Below are positions 1 through 8,012 of a DNA stretch of 32,272 nucleotides, one piece after another; position 1 is the first letter of the stretch; every line of letters starts with the position of its first letter. The position numbers and the translations under genes are program-made. The notes beneath the pieces are model-generated. The model was not told the origin of the DNA and searched no databases. It worked only from the letters and a program-made list of their open reading frames with translations. The DNA is from an uncultured virus (IMG/VR IMGVR_UViG_3300037843_000309) (taxonomy: Duplodnaviria; Heunggongvirae; Uroviricota; Caudoviricetes), in IMG/VR virus record IMGVR_UViG_3300037843_000309; one strand, written 5' to 3'.

Positions 1-515
1 GAGAATCCGCAAAGTGGATCAAAACGGAAGACATGGTGGTTGATGGTCGAAGGGTAAGCCACATATGCAAGCCTCTTGAGACATGGCCGAATACAAACTC
101 ATGGGCTCTGGGTTACTTGGCTGCCGCCTTTGATGGAGAGGGATACCTTGCCAGGTCCAGGAATCGTCTTCATAAATTAGGATTCTGCCAGAGAAATAAC
201 GAGATGTTGTCTACTGTCGAAAGTAGCTTGAGGTCCCTTGGATTTAAATTCAGAAAAGGAAGGCAAAGGAAAAACGGGATTGGAAAACAGGACTGCGTTT
301 ACATTAACGTGCAAAGAAAGGCCCAGATGGTTAGACTCCTTGGGCAGTCCAGGCCACCCCGATTGCTTTCCAAATTTGACCCACTAATGCTTCGCATGAT
401 GGACTCTCCGGTAAAGGTTAAATTGGTATCTAAAAGAGAATGTGGCGTCCAACGTGTTATCGCTCTCGGAACCAGCACAAGAACTTTTATTGCCGAGGGG
501 TTGGCATCCCACAAC
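1..515 (+). mobile_element. Intein (C-terminal part) with LAGLIDADG-type endonuclease domain
   Basis: GYLAAAFDGEG LAGLIDADG motif. Block F/G-like VIALGTSTRTFIAEGLASHN ends in His-Asn (510-515), followed by +1 Cys (516-518). Confidence 0.9.
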
Positions 516-707
516 TGCATCTGGATACCCAAGAGCCAGCCAGGGAGCAAGAATCCAATCTCGTGGGGGAGCAACTACACGATTACGGATGACGGTTTCT
601 CCTACGTGGATGAGGTTTTCGCTCTACTGATGGAGGACGAGATTCCGCCCAAGGGATTCGATTTCGATATGTTGCTTTCGGATCTCGCGGTCGTTACGGT
701 AAGATAA
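3..707 (+). CDS. 5'-truncated intein-containing protein; C-extein (516-707) of unknown function
   Basis: Frame is open from position 3 (ESAKWIKTEDM...), so the ATG at 33 is probably internal. Contains a LAGLIDADG helix and an intein C-terminus followed by CIWIPK... Confidence 0.8.
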   Translation, partial: ESAKWIKTEDMVVDGRRVSHICKPLETWPNTNSWALGYLAAAFDGEGYLARSRNRLHKLGFCQRNNEMLSTVESSLRSLGFKFRKGRQRKNGIGKQDCVYINVQRKAQMVRLLGQSRPPRLLSKFDPLMLRMMDSPVKVKLVSKRECGVQRVIALGTSTRTFIAEGLASHNCIWIPKSQPGSKNPISWGSNYTITDDGFSYVDEVFALLMEDEIPPKGFDFDMLLSDLAVVTVR

Positions 708-792
708 CCCCTGCGCCTCCGGTCAGTCGCGGAGCGGGGTTGGGTGGTTGCCGGACCTGATGTTCCAACCCTGCGCGTATTAAGGAGAAGCC

Positions 793-993
793 ATGAAGTT
801 CCTTGGGGATAGAATCCAGATGACGCTGCGGTACCCGGTTGGACTCAAGGAAACCCTTGAGCGCCGCGCCGCAGCGATGGGCATCAGCGCGAATGAGTTG
901 ATTTGCAGTGACGTGGAGCGCGGGAACAAGAACTTCGAGCGCCAGAACGGCGGAGAGGCGGTGAAGAGTGGAAGTCGCAAAACTCATAACTGA
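793..993 (+). CDS. Arc/ribbon-helix-helix DNA-binding protein
   Basis: SD TAAGGAG upstream. QMTLRYPVGLKETLERRAAAMGISANELI matches the Arc/RHH pattern (strand xLRxP, helix, G-x-S-x-N helix). Confidence 0.8.
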   Translation: MKFLGDRIQMTLRYPVGLKETLERRAAAMGISANELICSDVERGNKNFERQNGGEAVKSGSRKTHN

Positions 994-1459
994 GATCGTT
1001 ATCTGTCTCGCTCTGGTGGTTATCGGCGGGGGGCTGCTGGGGACGGTGGTTTGGCTGACGCTCCGCCTGAAAGAGGCGATTGAGGCGCTCACCGCCATCT
1101 GCGAACTCTTTGAGAAGGTCATTGACAACGAAGCGGCAGTTGCGGCGAGCGCCGATGAGATGGCGGCGGCGGTAGGGGGGTTCAAGGCGACCGTTTCCGA
1201 GGATCTCAAGGCGGTGAAAGAGGCTGAGATGGCCCTCATTCGCATTGTGGCGAGCAATATCGTCACCCTCAAGGGGTTGTCGAATGTGGTGTCGGTGTTC
1301 GAGAAGAACCTGCTGGATGCCATCCCGAACCGGGAGAAGAAGAACTACGACGTGTCGCCGGAGATTGCGGGACTCAGCAAAGAACAACAAGAGGAACTCG
1401 AAGCGGCCGAAGTGTTGAGGGTGCAGACGGCGCGCGCCCCGGAGATCATCGCGACGTAG
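968..1459 (+). CDS. Membrane-anchored helical/coiled-coil hypothetical protein
   Basis: N-terminal hydrophobic segment IVICLALVVIGGGLLGTVVWLTL followed by Ala/Glu/Lys-rich helices; SD-like GAGG upstream of the GTG. Confidence 0.7.
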   Translation: MEVAKLITEIVICLALVVIGGGLLGTVVWLTLRLKEAIEALTAICELFEKVIDNEAAVAASADEMAAAVGGFKATVSEDLKAVKEAEMALIRIVASNIVTLKGLSNVVSVFEKNLLDAIPNREKKNYDVSPEIAGLSKEQQEELEAAEVLRVQTARAPEIIAT

Positions 1460-1468
1460 GAGGTTACT

Positions 1469-1876
1469 GTGGAAAAAGGCAGGCGAGGTTTTCTAAAATG
1501 GCTAGGGGTTGGTGGGGTAGCGGGAGCGGCATCAATTCTCCCGACTGGTGCAGTTCAACCTCAAGAGAAAGAGAAAATTTTCCTCAAGCATGTCTGCGAT
1601 TGCGGAAAAGAAATTGAGATTGAGGTTCCAAGTATTGAAGGAACAGAGGTCTACCTTTCCTGCGGTTCGTGCGGGCGCGCTCATTCCCTTCTATGGTCGG
1701 AGGGGGTGTTCAAGAACAGGCTCCAGTATTCAGGGGACACCTACGACACAAGTTGGATAACGCCTCTTGGCTCGGAGTGGAAAAACCTTCCCACCGTCGA
1801 AGCGTCGCCCAAAGAATTGGGTGTTGGGAAATGCCTTCGGTTCGATCCGGAAACAGGCAAGGAATCGGAAAGATGA
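1469..1876 (+). CDS. Twin-arginine-signal-like protein with Zn ribbon
   Basis: SD AGGAGG. N-terminal GRRGFLK followed by a Gly/Ala hydrophobic stretch; CDCG and CGSCG motifs. Confidence 0.7.
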   Translation: MEKGRRGFLKWLGVGGVAGAASILPTGAVQPQEKEKIFLKHVCDCGKEIEIEVPSIEGTEVYLSCGSCGRAHSLLWSEGVFKNRLQYSGDTYDTSWITPLGSEWKNLPTVEASPKELGVGKCLRFDPETGKESER

Positions 1877-2790
1877 AGCACATCTCATGGCTGGAAGCTG
1901 CGCGCGACGTTGACTGTATTGCCTGCCGGGTTAATGGGCGAAGCGGGGTCATGGTGCGGGAGTTCTCGAAACCCTCGCATCCATCCGAGTGCAGGGGCTG
2001 CACTGTCCCACTTGCGCCCGGGTGCAAATTCTGCCCCGAGTGCGGAACGAAGGTGTCCAATGAAAAACCGCCCATTACCGTGGAGTTTGTCTGCCAGGAT
2101 GGAGTCTGCGGCATCCGGAGAGGACCGTACATCGTGGACACTGAGGACTCACCTCCGGCGAATGGCGATGGGCCTGCGCCTGCATCTTCAAATCCGGTTG
2201 CTCCTACACCAGAAGAGGTTGCCAAGTTCTCGAAGCCTCCCGCCGAGCGAAAGTCGCGGTTAGCGGTGGACAAGCCCATCGAACCCATTGAACAGGATGA
2301 CCTCATCGCGTGGTGCAAGGAGAAATTTGCTCCCGCCTTCAAGATTCTGGATGAGGAATTCCCTCTGACCGTATCGCCAATTTCGCTCATAAATGACCCA
2401 AAACTGCCGCCCATCAAAGGCGTGAAGGTGGTCTACGGACACCAGGGGCCGCACCGCAAGGCGAACGAGTTGCAGGCGTTTATCCGCCTTGACGTGATCG
2501 AGGAAAAGTTCTGGTGCGAGGATGGCGAGCCCTCTCAGGAGCGTTTCGAGAAGGCGGAAGAGTCGCTCAAGGCACAAATCAAGAACGCGGTCCGAGGTGT
2601 GCCGACGGAGATTCACAAGGTCGTGCATCGGCCCACGGGCCCATCGAGTGTGCAGGTCTGTGGGGTGTGCGGGAATCGTAAACCCTGCGGGTGCGGCACG
2701 GAACTGAAAGCAAGCAACATGCTGGCGGAGCCGGTCAAGGGATCGGAAGCGCCAATACTGTCAGTAGCGGATTACATTAGGCAAAAGTAG
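1873..2790 (+). CDS. Multi zinc-ribbon (double zinc ribbon-like) protein
   Basis: ATGA overlap with the upstream stop gives start 1873, not 1669. CIAC, CRGC...CKFCPECG, CQDGVC and C-terminal CGVCG..CGC. Confidence 0.75.
   Translation: MKHISWLEAARDVDCIACRVNGRSGVMVREFSKPSHPSECRGCTVPLAPGCKFCPECGTKVSNEKPPITVEFVCQDGVCGIRRGPYIVDTEDSPPANGDGPAPASSNPVAPTPEEVAKFSKPPAERKSRLAVDKPIEPIEQDDLIAWCKEKFAPAFKILDEEFPLTVSPISLINDPKLPPIKGVKVVYGHQGPHRKANELQAFIRLDVIEEKFWCEDGEPSQERFEKAEESLKAQIKNAVRGVPTEIHKVVHRPTGPSSVQVCGVCGNRKPCGCGTELKASNMLAEPVKGSEAPILSVADYIRQK
1988..2004. repeat. Palindrome copy 1 (AGTGCAG-GGG-CTGCACT), inside CDS
   Basis: Exact arms; encodes C-R-G-C-T of a CxxC knuckle. Confidence 0.85.
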
Positions 2791-2882
2791 CACTCCAATG
2801 CGTCGGGAAAACTGAATAGCGGACCATCCGTTTCGGAAGATGAAAAATTCTTCCATCGAGGTCAACCCTAACATCGGGAGGG

Positions 2883-3680
2883 TTGGCCTCGTTCTTTTTG
2901 GTGCCTATGAGCAAACCAACTTACGGCGTAAAGCTAATCGACAACGTCCTCCACATCCTGCGGGAGAAGTCGATTCGCAACAACAACGCGCCCAACGAGC
3001 ATGAGGTCGCTATCGCCATCGACTACATTGGCGGCAAGAAGGCGAAGCTCATCATGCAGGAAACCGGGGAGTCGCTCGAAGGGATACTGGTCGCGCTCAA
3101 GCGCACTCGGGACGAGATTCGTCGCGGCAACGCGCCAGTGCAGGTCCTGCACCGCTTCCCCAAGCTGGTGGCATGGCAGGCGGAGAAGTTCCATCTGGAC
3201 GACCGCACGAATGGCCACGCGAAGCCCGAACCCGCGAAGCCCGACGACATCTTCACCACCCCGCCGGGCGAGATTGCGAAGCACAGTGCCGAGAATGCCC
3301 TGTCCCGGGCGGGAGTTAAAATCACCACAGAAGTCAGAAAGCAGATTCAGGAAATCTCGACGTTCAAGTACACCGACCCCGACCCCGAGGACCCGGAAAC
3401 CTTCAAGAAGTTTATGAGCGAAGTGCGCACTAATGTGATGCGGGTTGTCGCTCCGCTGGCTGGCCAGGTGCTTGCGGCGGAACTCGCCGGCGGCGGCGCC
3501 ATGACGACTGGCCTTGAAGTCGCCGGACTCCTGCCGAAGGGGAAGGGCCTCACCATCGCGCAGCAATTCAACATGGGCGGAGCGTCAGACGACAAGCACA
3601 AGCGCTTGCGCAGCGGGTTGGGATTTGAGCGATTACTCGACAAGGCCGACGCCGTCATCGACGCCGAAGTGGTAAAATGA
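2883..3680 (+). CDS. Putative terminase small subunit
   Basis: Directly upstream of TerL with an ATGA overlap; helical; C-terminal VIDAEVV tail typical of TerS-like proteins; SD GGGAGG before TTG. Assignment is mainly positional. Confidence 0.55.
   Translation: MASFFLVPMSKPTYGVKLIDNVLHILREKSIRNNNAPNEHEVAIAIDYIGGKKAKLIMQETGESLEGILVALKRTRDEIRRGNAPVQVLHRFPKLVAWQAEKFHLDDRTNGHAKPEPAKPDDIFTTPPGEIAKHSAENALSRAGVKITTEVRKQIQEISTFKYTDPDPEDPETFKKFMSEVRTNVMRVVAPLAGQVLAAELAGGGAMTTGLEVAGLLPKGKGLTIAQQFNMGGASDDKHKRLRSGLGFERLLDKADAVIDAEVVK
3136..3152. repeat. Palindrome copy 2 (CAGTGCAG-GTC-CTGCAC), inside CDS
   Basis: Exact GTGCAG/CTGCAC arms; encodes V-Q-V-L-H. Confidence 0.8.
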
Positions 3681-5917
3681 AGCAGGAAAAATACGCCCAA
3701 GAGTTGATCGAATATTTTGACAAGCTGCTTGTCCGCATCCTTGATGAGGACGAAGACGCCAACCCCTATGATGCCCTTACTACCGCAGAAGAGTCGATCA
3801 TCGTCGGAGAAATTGCACGCTGCAAGAAGGACTTTGTCTATGCGGCCGGAAACTATTTCTGGTTGAGCAAGACGAAGGATGCCAAGCGGAAGCTGGTTGA
3901 CATCGACGCAATGCCAGCACAAGAGATCCTTCTAAGTATCATTTTTGACTTTTGGAAGAAGGGGAAGCCTGCACGCATCCAGATTCACAAGGCCCGTCAA
4001 TTGGGAATTTCTTCAATATGTGAAGTATTGATGGCTTGGAAGATGTTGTTTTTTAAGGACCAGATCGGCATGATCGTGGCTCAAAATCCTAAGATTTCTG
4101 CTCGCATGCTTGAAATCACAACCTACATTTACGACCACGTTCCTTGGTGGATGCACCCGATGCCGGGAAATCGAGAGGTGAACGAACTGTTTGTTCTCGA
4201 CAACCCGGACGAGTCTGAGCGCCGTATAAATCCTGGCATGTCCAACTATCTTGTTGCTAACGCCTGCAATAAGATGTCAAGTTTCGGACAGGGAATGGCC
4301 CTTCACTGTGTTCACTTGACAGAGGTTTCGAGTTGGAGGCCAGAGGGAAGGGCGCGAGAAATAATCGATGGTGACCTCCTCTACGGGCTTCCCGATGAGC
4401 CAAATACATTCGCGATCATGGAGTCGAAACCCAAAGGGGTTGGTGGATACTGGTACGAGTTGTGGCAGGATAATGCAAAACAAGGCTTGCGTGCTCAGTT
4501 CTACCCGTTGTTCATTCCGTGCTTCGCTGAACACAATCGTCGGCTTCCGGCGCCAACCGACTTCACTCCGAACGAAGAAGAAACCGCCATGTCGGAGCGC
4601 TACTCGATCGAGTGGCATAAGTGCCGTAAGTGCGGGAAAATGGTTTCGACCGCCTACGTTGACTATCCGGTATGCTTGTTTTGTGGATGCTCGGATCACG
4701 ATCCGATCCCCCTCGACAACGACCAACTCTATTGGTATCGAGACAAAAAAGACGACGTAAAAAACGATCCAGAGCGGTACCGTCTATTCTTGCAAGAAAT
4801 GGCGGTAAATGCCGAGGAAGGATTCCAAGTTCACGGGATTCAGGTATTCCCCCAGGACGTCCGCAACTACCTTGAGAAGTCGGTGAACTGGCGCGGTAAG
4901 CGCGGGTACTTCGATGAGAACCTCCAATTCCACTGTACAGTGAAAAACCTCGATGGCAGCGTGTCGTGCCCATCCTGCACGCAGAATCACTCGGACGAGG
5001 ACTTCCCGTTGTTTGTGTGGGAGTTGCCGACACCCGGGAAGAATTACGTTTTCGGCATCGACGTGGCTGAAGGCGGTACGGAAGGCGACTGGTCGGTAAT
5101 CCATGCCATCCGGGTGGGCCACGGTTTCGAGCCCGATACACAGGTGCTTGAGTGGCGCGGCCAGGTTGACGCAGTCGAACTCTCTCGCGTCGTCTACCTT
5201 TTAGGGAAGGCCTACAACAACGCGCTCATCGCGATGGAAGTCGGCACGGCGTCAGGCGGCGGCGAATTGTGCCAGTGGGAGTTGACCGGGAAGCTGGGGT
5301 ACCAGAACATCTTCCGGTGGAAGAATTACGACTCAAAGAACCCTGTTTCCAACAAGTTCGGGTGGGTCACGAATGCGCGTACCCGTCCCATGCTCATTAC
5401 CAACGCCATCCGGTGGCTCCGCCAGAAGATTTGGAAGCCGCAGAGCCCTACGTTCCTTGATGAAGTACGGACGTTTGTGCGGGAAGAAGAAGAGGCGAAG
5501 GCGAAGGCGGTCAGCGGGACGTTCGACGATACCGTGATTGCCGGCATGATCTGCATCTTCTGTGCGCACGAATCGGACTTCGATCCGGGCACCGGGCGCA
5601 TCATGATGCCGACGAACCGGCTCCGCGGGGTCGAGGGGGGCGCGTCATTAAACTGGACTTGTACCTGCGAATGTGGTAACACATGGGACGTAGCGGACCC
5701 GCGCGGCGAGATTTGCCTCAAGTGCGGGAAGCCGGTCCTGAACGCCAAGCGCAAGGGAACGTGCTCATGCGGGAAGCTGGCGGAGCCGATGGGTCCGAAT
5801 TCCATGACCTGCAAAAAGTGCGGACTGCGCATGGTGTATACGAAACGCGAAACCGTCGATTTCAACGAGGTGAGGGTGGAAGAGAACGCCGAACTTCCGT
5901 CCTACGACTGCCTATGA
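3677..5917 (+). CDS. terL: Terminase large subunit with Zn-ribbon insertions
   Basis: Walker A-like HKARQLGIS, Walker B-like VHLTEVSSW, motif III MESKPKG; RNase H-like nuclease YVFGIDVAEG..DWS, ALIAME, FDDTVIA. Confidence 0.95.
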   Translation: MKQEKYAQELIEYFDKLLVRILDEDEDANPYDALTTAEESIIVGEIARCKKDFVYAAGNYFWLSKTKDAKRKLVDIDAMPAQEILLSIIFDFWKKGKPARIQIHKARQLGISSICEVLMAWKMLFFKDQIGMIVAQNPKISARMLEITTYIYDHVPWWMHPMPGNREVNELFVLDNPDESERRINPGMSNYLVANACNKMSSFGQGMALHCVHLTEVSSWRPEGRAREIIDGDLLYGLPDEPNTFAIMESKPKGVGGYWYELWQDNAKQGLRAQFYPLFIPCFAEHNRRLPAPTDFTPNEEETAMSERYSIEWHKCRKCGKMVSTAYVDYPVCLFCGCSDHDPIPLDNDQLYWYRDKKDDVKNDPERYRLFLQEMAVNAEEGFQVHGIQVFPQDVRNYLEKSVNWRGKRGYFDENLQFHCTVKNLDGSVSCPSCTQNHSDEDFPLFVWELPTPGKNYVFGIDVAEGGTEGDWSVIHAIRVGHGFEPDTQVLEWRGQVDAVELSRVVYLLGKAYNNALIAMEVGTASGGGELCQWELTGKLGYQNIFRWKNYDSKNPVSNKFGWVTNARTRPMLITNAIRWLRQKIWKPQSPTFLDEVRTFVREEEEAKAKAVSGTFDDTVIAGMICIFCAHESDFDPGTGRIMMPTNRLRGVEGGASLNWTCTCECGNTWDVADPRGEICLKCGKPVLNAKRKGTCSCGKLAEPMGPNSMTCKKCGLRMVYTKRETVDFNEVRVEENAELPSYDCL
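5297..5330 (+). repeat. 34-bp direct repeat, copy A (in terL)
   Basis: GGGTACCAGAACATCTTCCGGTGGAAGAATTACG, identical at 6497-6530. Confidence 0.95.
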
Positions 5918-6111
5918 GAATGGCGCTCTATCGAGCATACGATTTCGTTTTCCCGATATGGTTTGGGATTTCCCCGGACCCCTCCACTATGAACATTTTC
6001 GACCCACCTCGCCAGTTATGCCTTTTTGTGTGGCCTAAGCGCCTGTATCGGAACTTCCTTATTTGGTGGTTAAAGAGAAGGATGATAAGGTCAGTGCAGG
6101 GCCTGCACTGA
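5914..6111 (+). CDS. Small Trp/Phe-rich hypothetical protein ending inside the palindrome (...SVQGLH*)
   Basis: ATGA overlap with the terL stop; 65 aa; fills the gap exactly. Confidence 0.55.
   Translation: MRMALYRAYDFVFPIWFGISPDPSTMNIFDPPRQLCLFVWPKRLYRNFLIWWLKRRMIRSVQGLH
6091..6111. repeat. Palindrome copy 3 (TCAGTGCAG-GGC-CTGCACTGA)
   Basis: Perfect 9-bp arms; provides the TGA stop and runs into the SD GAGGAGG of the gene at 6122. Confidence 0.95.
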
Positions 6112-6121
6112 GGAGGATTTA

Positions 6122-6865
6122 ATGCCACGACACGACGAGTCGCTTCCGATAAAAAACGATGTTCTCCCGTGGATCGAGAAAACTGTTTCCAAGAGGGGGG
6201 AAGACCTTGCTTCACCGTTGAATATATGGGAATTCCCAATCCTTGGAAGTCGGTACGTTTTGGGGGTTATTGTTGGAGAATCCCGCAAGGAAGATTCAGT
6301 GATCCATGCGATCCGCATCGACCGTGGGTTGAATCCTGATATACAGGTTTTCGAGTGGCGCGGCCAGATTGACGCGGTCAAGTTATCGAGAACGATTTAT
6401 TCTCTTGCCAAGTTCTACAATGAGGCATTGGTCGCGATTGAGGTTTCTGGAGCCTCTGGAACAGGAGAACTTTGCCAGTGGAATCTTTTGAAGCTCGGGT
6501 ACCAGAACATCTTCCGGTGGAAGAATTACGGGCCGATTGGTGATTGCTCGTCCTGTCGACACGCCCTAAACAGCCATGAACTTATGGACGATGGGGTCCA
6601 TCCTTGCAAAGTAAAAGGATGTAAGTGTAAGGCACTGAAGCAGAAGCAGGGGATGGCTGACCATTACGGGTGGATTACCAATGTCAGAACTCGGGATATG
6701 CTTATCGCCAATGCGAGGCGATGGTTAAATCAGCATCTTTGGTCTGTGAGGTCTCCCAAATTTCTGGAAGAAGCTAGAACTTGGAAAACCGATGAATCTA
6801 TTCGAGCGGGGATGATTGCCATTTTCTGCGCCCATGAAAGCGATTACGAGGAGAAGTCAGCGTAA
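6122..6865 (+). CDS. Stand-alone paralog of the TerL C-terminal nuclease domain, probably inactive
   Basis: Collinear with the TerL C-terminal half (VIHAIR, EWRGQ.DAV.LSR, GELCQW, LGYQNIFRWKNY, IFCAHESD). GIDVA becomes GVIVG and DDTV becomes DESI. Confidence 0.9.
   Translation: MPRHDESLPIKNDVLPWIEKTVSKRGEDLASPLNIWEFPILGSRYVLGVIVGESRKEDSVIHAIRIDRGLNPDIQVFEWRGQIDAVKLSRTIYSLAKFYNEALVAIEVSGASGTGELCQWNLLKLGYQNIFRWKNYGPIGDCSSCRHALNSHELMDDGVHPCKVKGCKCKALKQKQGMADHYGWITNVRTRDMLIANARRWLNQHLWSVRSPKFLEEARTWKTDESIRAGMIAIFCAHESDYEEKSA
6497..6530 (+). repeat. 34-bp direct repeat, copy B (in TerL paralog)
   Basis: Identical to 5297-5330, offset 1200 bp. Confidence 0.95.
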
Positions 6866-6876
6866 AGGAGACCGCC

Positions 6877-7527
6877 ATGTCAACAGCAACCTTGAATGAA
6901 GTGCGCGTGCACATCGATTCCGAAGACCTTCGGAAGGGGAAGAACCTGTACCGCGCTTCCAAAGACGAAGGCGAAATCATCGCGGGGATCGTCCACGAAT
7001 GGGTGGAAAATCAGGGGAAATTGTTCATCTCCCATCCCACGCTTCGCGAACTCGCCGCGCGCGCCGGGGTGCGCAACCCCATCCGAACCGAGGAAGACCT
7101 CATCAAGGTGTTCGAGTGCGTGACGAATCTCGGGAAGAACTCCTGCGTCGTCCACCTCGAAGCGGCGGAGATTCCTCAGATTGCCGCGAGCGCAGAGGGG
7201 CAGAAGATTCCCATGGGCGAAGCCATTGTCCAGTACTTGACGCACGCGATCGCCATGGGGTGGTTTTCCGAGCGCATCGAAGTGAAGAACATCATGTTCC
7301 AGCCGGCCGAGTTCAAAAACCTTGCGGCCATCCTGGGGGTTCCCGCCGTCCGCAGTTCCGAGCACCTCATCAAACTGATTATGGGCCTCAAGAAGCAATT
7401 GGGTGATGCCCGGGAGCAGGTGCGCGCGGCGAAAGAAGCGCAGGATGCGCTCGCGGTGCCGGTGGACGTGGCAGACGAACTTAGCGTAGATGTGACGGCG
7501 TCGGCTGGCGACCTGTCGCAAATCTAG
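6877..7527 (+). CDS. Hypothetical protein with internal duplication, tandem RHH-like units
   Basis: SD AAGGAG. LAARAGVRNPIRTEEDLIK resembles LAAILGVPAVRSSEHLIK; VRVHIDSED resembles CVVHLEAAE. Confidence 0.75.
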   Translation: MSTATLNEVRVHIDSEDLRKGKNLYRASKDEGEIIAGIVHEWVENQGKLFISHPTLRELAARAGVRNPIRTEEDLIKVFECVTNLGKNSCVVHLEAAEIPQIAASAEGQKIPMGEAIVQYLTHAIAMGWFSERIEVKNIMFQPAEFKNLAAILGVPAVRSSEHLIKLIMGLKKQLGDAREQVRAAKEAQDALAVPVDVADELSVDVTASAGDLSQI

Positions 7528-7542
7528 TGCAGGGCCTGCACT
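7526..7542. repeat. Palindrome copy 4 (AGTGCAG-GGC-CTGCACT)
   Basis: Overlaps the TAG stop at 7525-7527; followed by the SD GAGGAG of the gene at 7554. Confidence 0.95.
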
Positions 7543-7553
7543 GAGGAGCGGAA

Positions 7554-8012
7554 GTGCCAATCTTTGAGTACGAGTGCCGCGCCTGCGGAAACACGATTGA
7601 GCGATACCACCCGTCGCTCAAGGCGTCTCCTGGATTCATGGTCTGCGGGGATGGCGCGAAAGAGCGCGGCGAGGTGCGGGGGTGCGGGGGGCCGATGCAG
7701 AAAATCATGTCCGTCCCCCACGTCGAAACCTTCAAGCCCTTCACCACCCGGAACATCGACCCAAGCGGCGCGGTGACGCATGTCACCTCTCGAAGCCAGC
7801 TTGAGATGCTGAAGCGCAAATTCGGTGTCCGCGAGGCGCGCGTGAACGGGATGTTTGGCGGCGACATGCGGAGCAACCCCATTAACCCGGAGCGGCCAAC
7901 CGGCCCCGTCAAGCCGAGGGCGAGAAAAGAAGCTGTGCGAATTACCCCGGATGAAGCGAAGGCGTTGCAGGCCCGGGCGGAGCATACCAACTTTGGGGCG
8001 AGGCGGGCATAA
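7554..8012 (+). CDS. FmdB-family (CxxC_CXXC_SSSS-like) zinc-ribbon protein
   Basis: Canonical start MPIFEYECRACG, then VC...RGCGG.MQKIMS. Confidence 0.85.
   Translation: MPIFEYECRACGNTIERYHPSLKASPGFMVCGDGAKERGEVRGCGGPMQKIMSVPHVETFKPFTTRNIDPSGAVTHVTSRSQLEMLKRKFGVREARVNGMFGGDMRSNPINPERPTGPVKPRARKEAVRITPDEAKALQARAEHTNFGARRA

Noticed and set aside
708..780. Hairpins upstream of the Arc-like gene as a tRNA or ncRNA
   Set aside because: Some GC-rich pairing is possible, but there is no cloverleaf, T-loop or other recognisable RNA family signature.
6091..6111. Palindrome as just a Rho-independent terminator
   Set aside because: Only copy 8 has a U-tract; others lie inside genes or run directly into SD sequences.
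5000..6865. terL and its paralog as a DGR template/variable repeat pair
   Set aside because: Differences include G/C changes and indels rather than adenine-specific substitutions; no reverse transcriptase is seen.
7526..7542. Half-site GTGCAG equals the BsgI restriction site
   Set aside because: No R-M gene in the window. Phages usually avoid such sites, and this does not explain the fixed 3-nt spacing or the extended arms.
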